A stretch of 36,365 nucleotides of DNA from NCBI GenBank assembly GCA_012719315.1, contig JAAYAP010000043.1:1-36365 (forward strand), written 5' to 3'. The translations under genes and the position numbers were made by a program. Positions 36,212 to 36,365 of this stretch are shown one piece after another. Source of the DNA: Methanobacteriota archaeon (GTDB lineage: Archaea; Thermoplasmatota; Thermoplasmata; Methanomassiliicoccales; Methanomethylophilaceae). The notes beneath the pieces are model-generated. The model was given only the letters and a program-made list of their open reading frames with translations, searched no databases and was not told where the DNA came from. Every line of letters begins with the position of its first letter. Positions within the stretch are counted from its first letter, which is position 1.

Positions 36212-36365
36212 CGTCCCTCCGTTCACGGCCTCCGGTATGCGGCAGGGGGCAAAATACTTTCCCGGAACCGGCCGTTCATACCGCTCCGCCGCGCATCCAC
36301 TCCGGCATGCCGCCGTCCGGCGACGATCCCGCCCGGCCGTCGATCCGCGGGACGACCACCGGCAG

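Noticed and set aside
1..36365. CRISPR array, IS element, provirus or tRNA-integrated island
   Set aside because: No regularly spaced repeats, transposase, integrase or duplicated tRNA 3' end seen

Overview
GC-rich archaeal chromosomal window, most consistent with a Methanomassiliicoccales (Thermoplasmatota) methanogen. The assignment is inferred from PolD DP2, Fe-S RpoD, rpl10e, Dph2, Rpp21, MtxX/Mmp4, type-1 SerRS and the absence of TAG stops. It holds about 38 densely packed, mostly housekeeping CDSs and two tRNAs (Leu-CAA, His-GUG). In order: MBL hydrolase-tsaC/sua5-map; rps13-rps4-rps11-rpoD; polC (DP2) and a NOG1 GTPase; a 1353-aa pilin-signal/lamin-tail protein; a lipid cluster (tetraether synthase Tes, a small ferredoxin missing from the ORF track, geranylgeranyl reductase, convergent mevalonate kinase); an HD hydrolase; serS-yhbY-rnp4; rpl10e-dph2; mtxX-queD-queC-queE; Mrp/NifX, VOC and Isf; PUA-sepF-HD; rtcB, argF and a RecJ-like DHH protein. 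No mobile element, CRISPR array or intein was seen. The best leads are a four-way-junction RNA in the rps13-rps4 leader (candidate archaeal ribosomal-protein leader), the Tes-ferredoxin-GGR operon with the giant lamin-tail protein divergent from it, and the coupling of mtxX to the preQ0 genes. All assignments come from motif recognition by eye; no searches were run.
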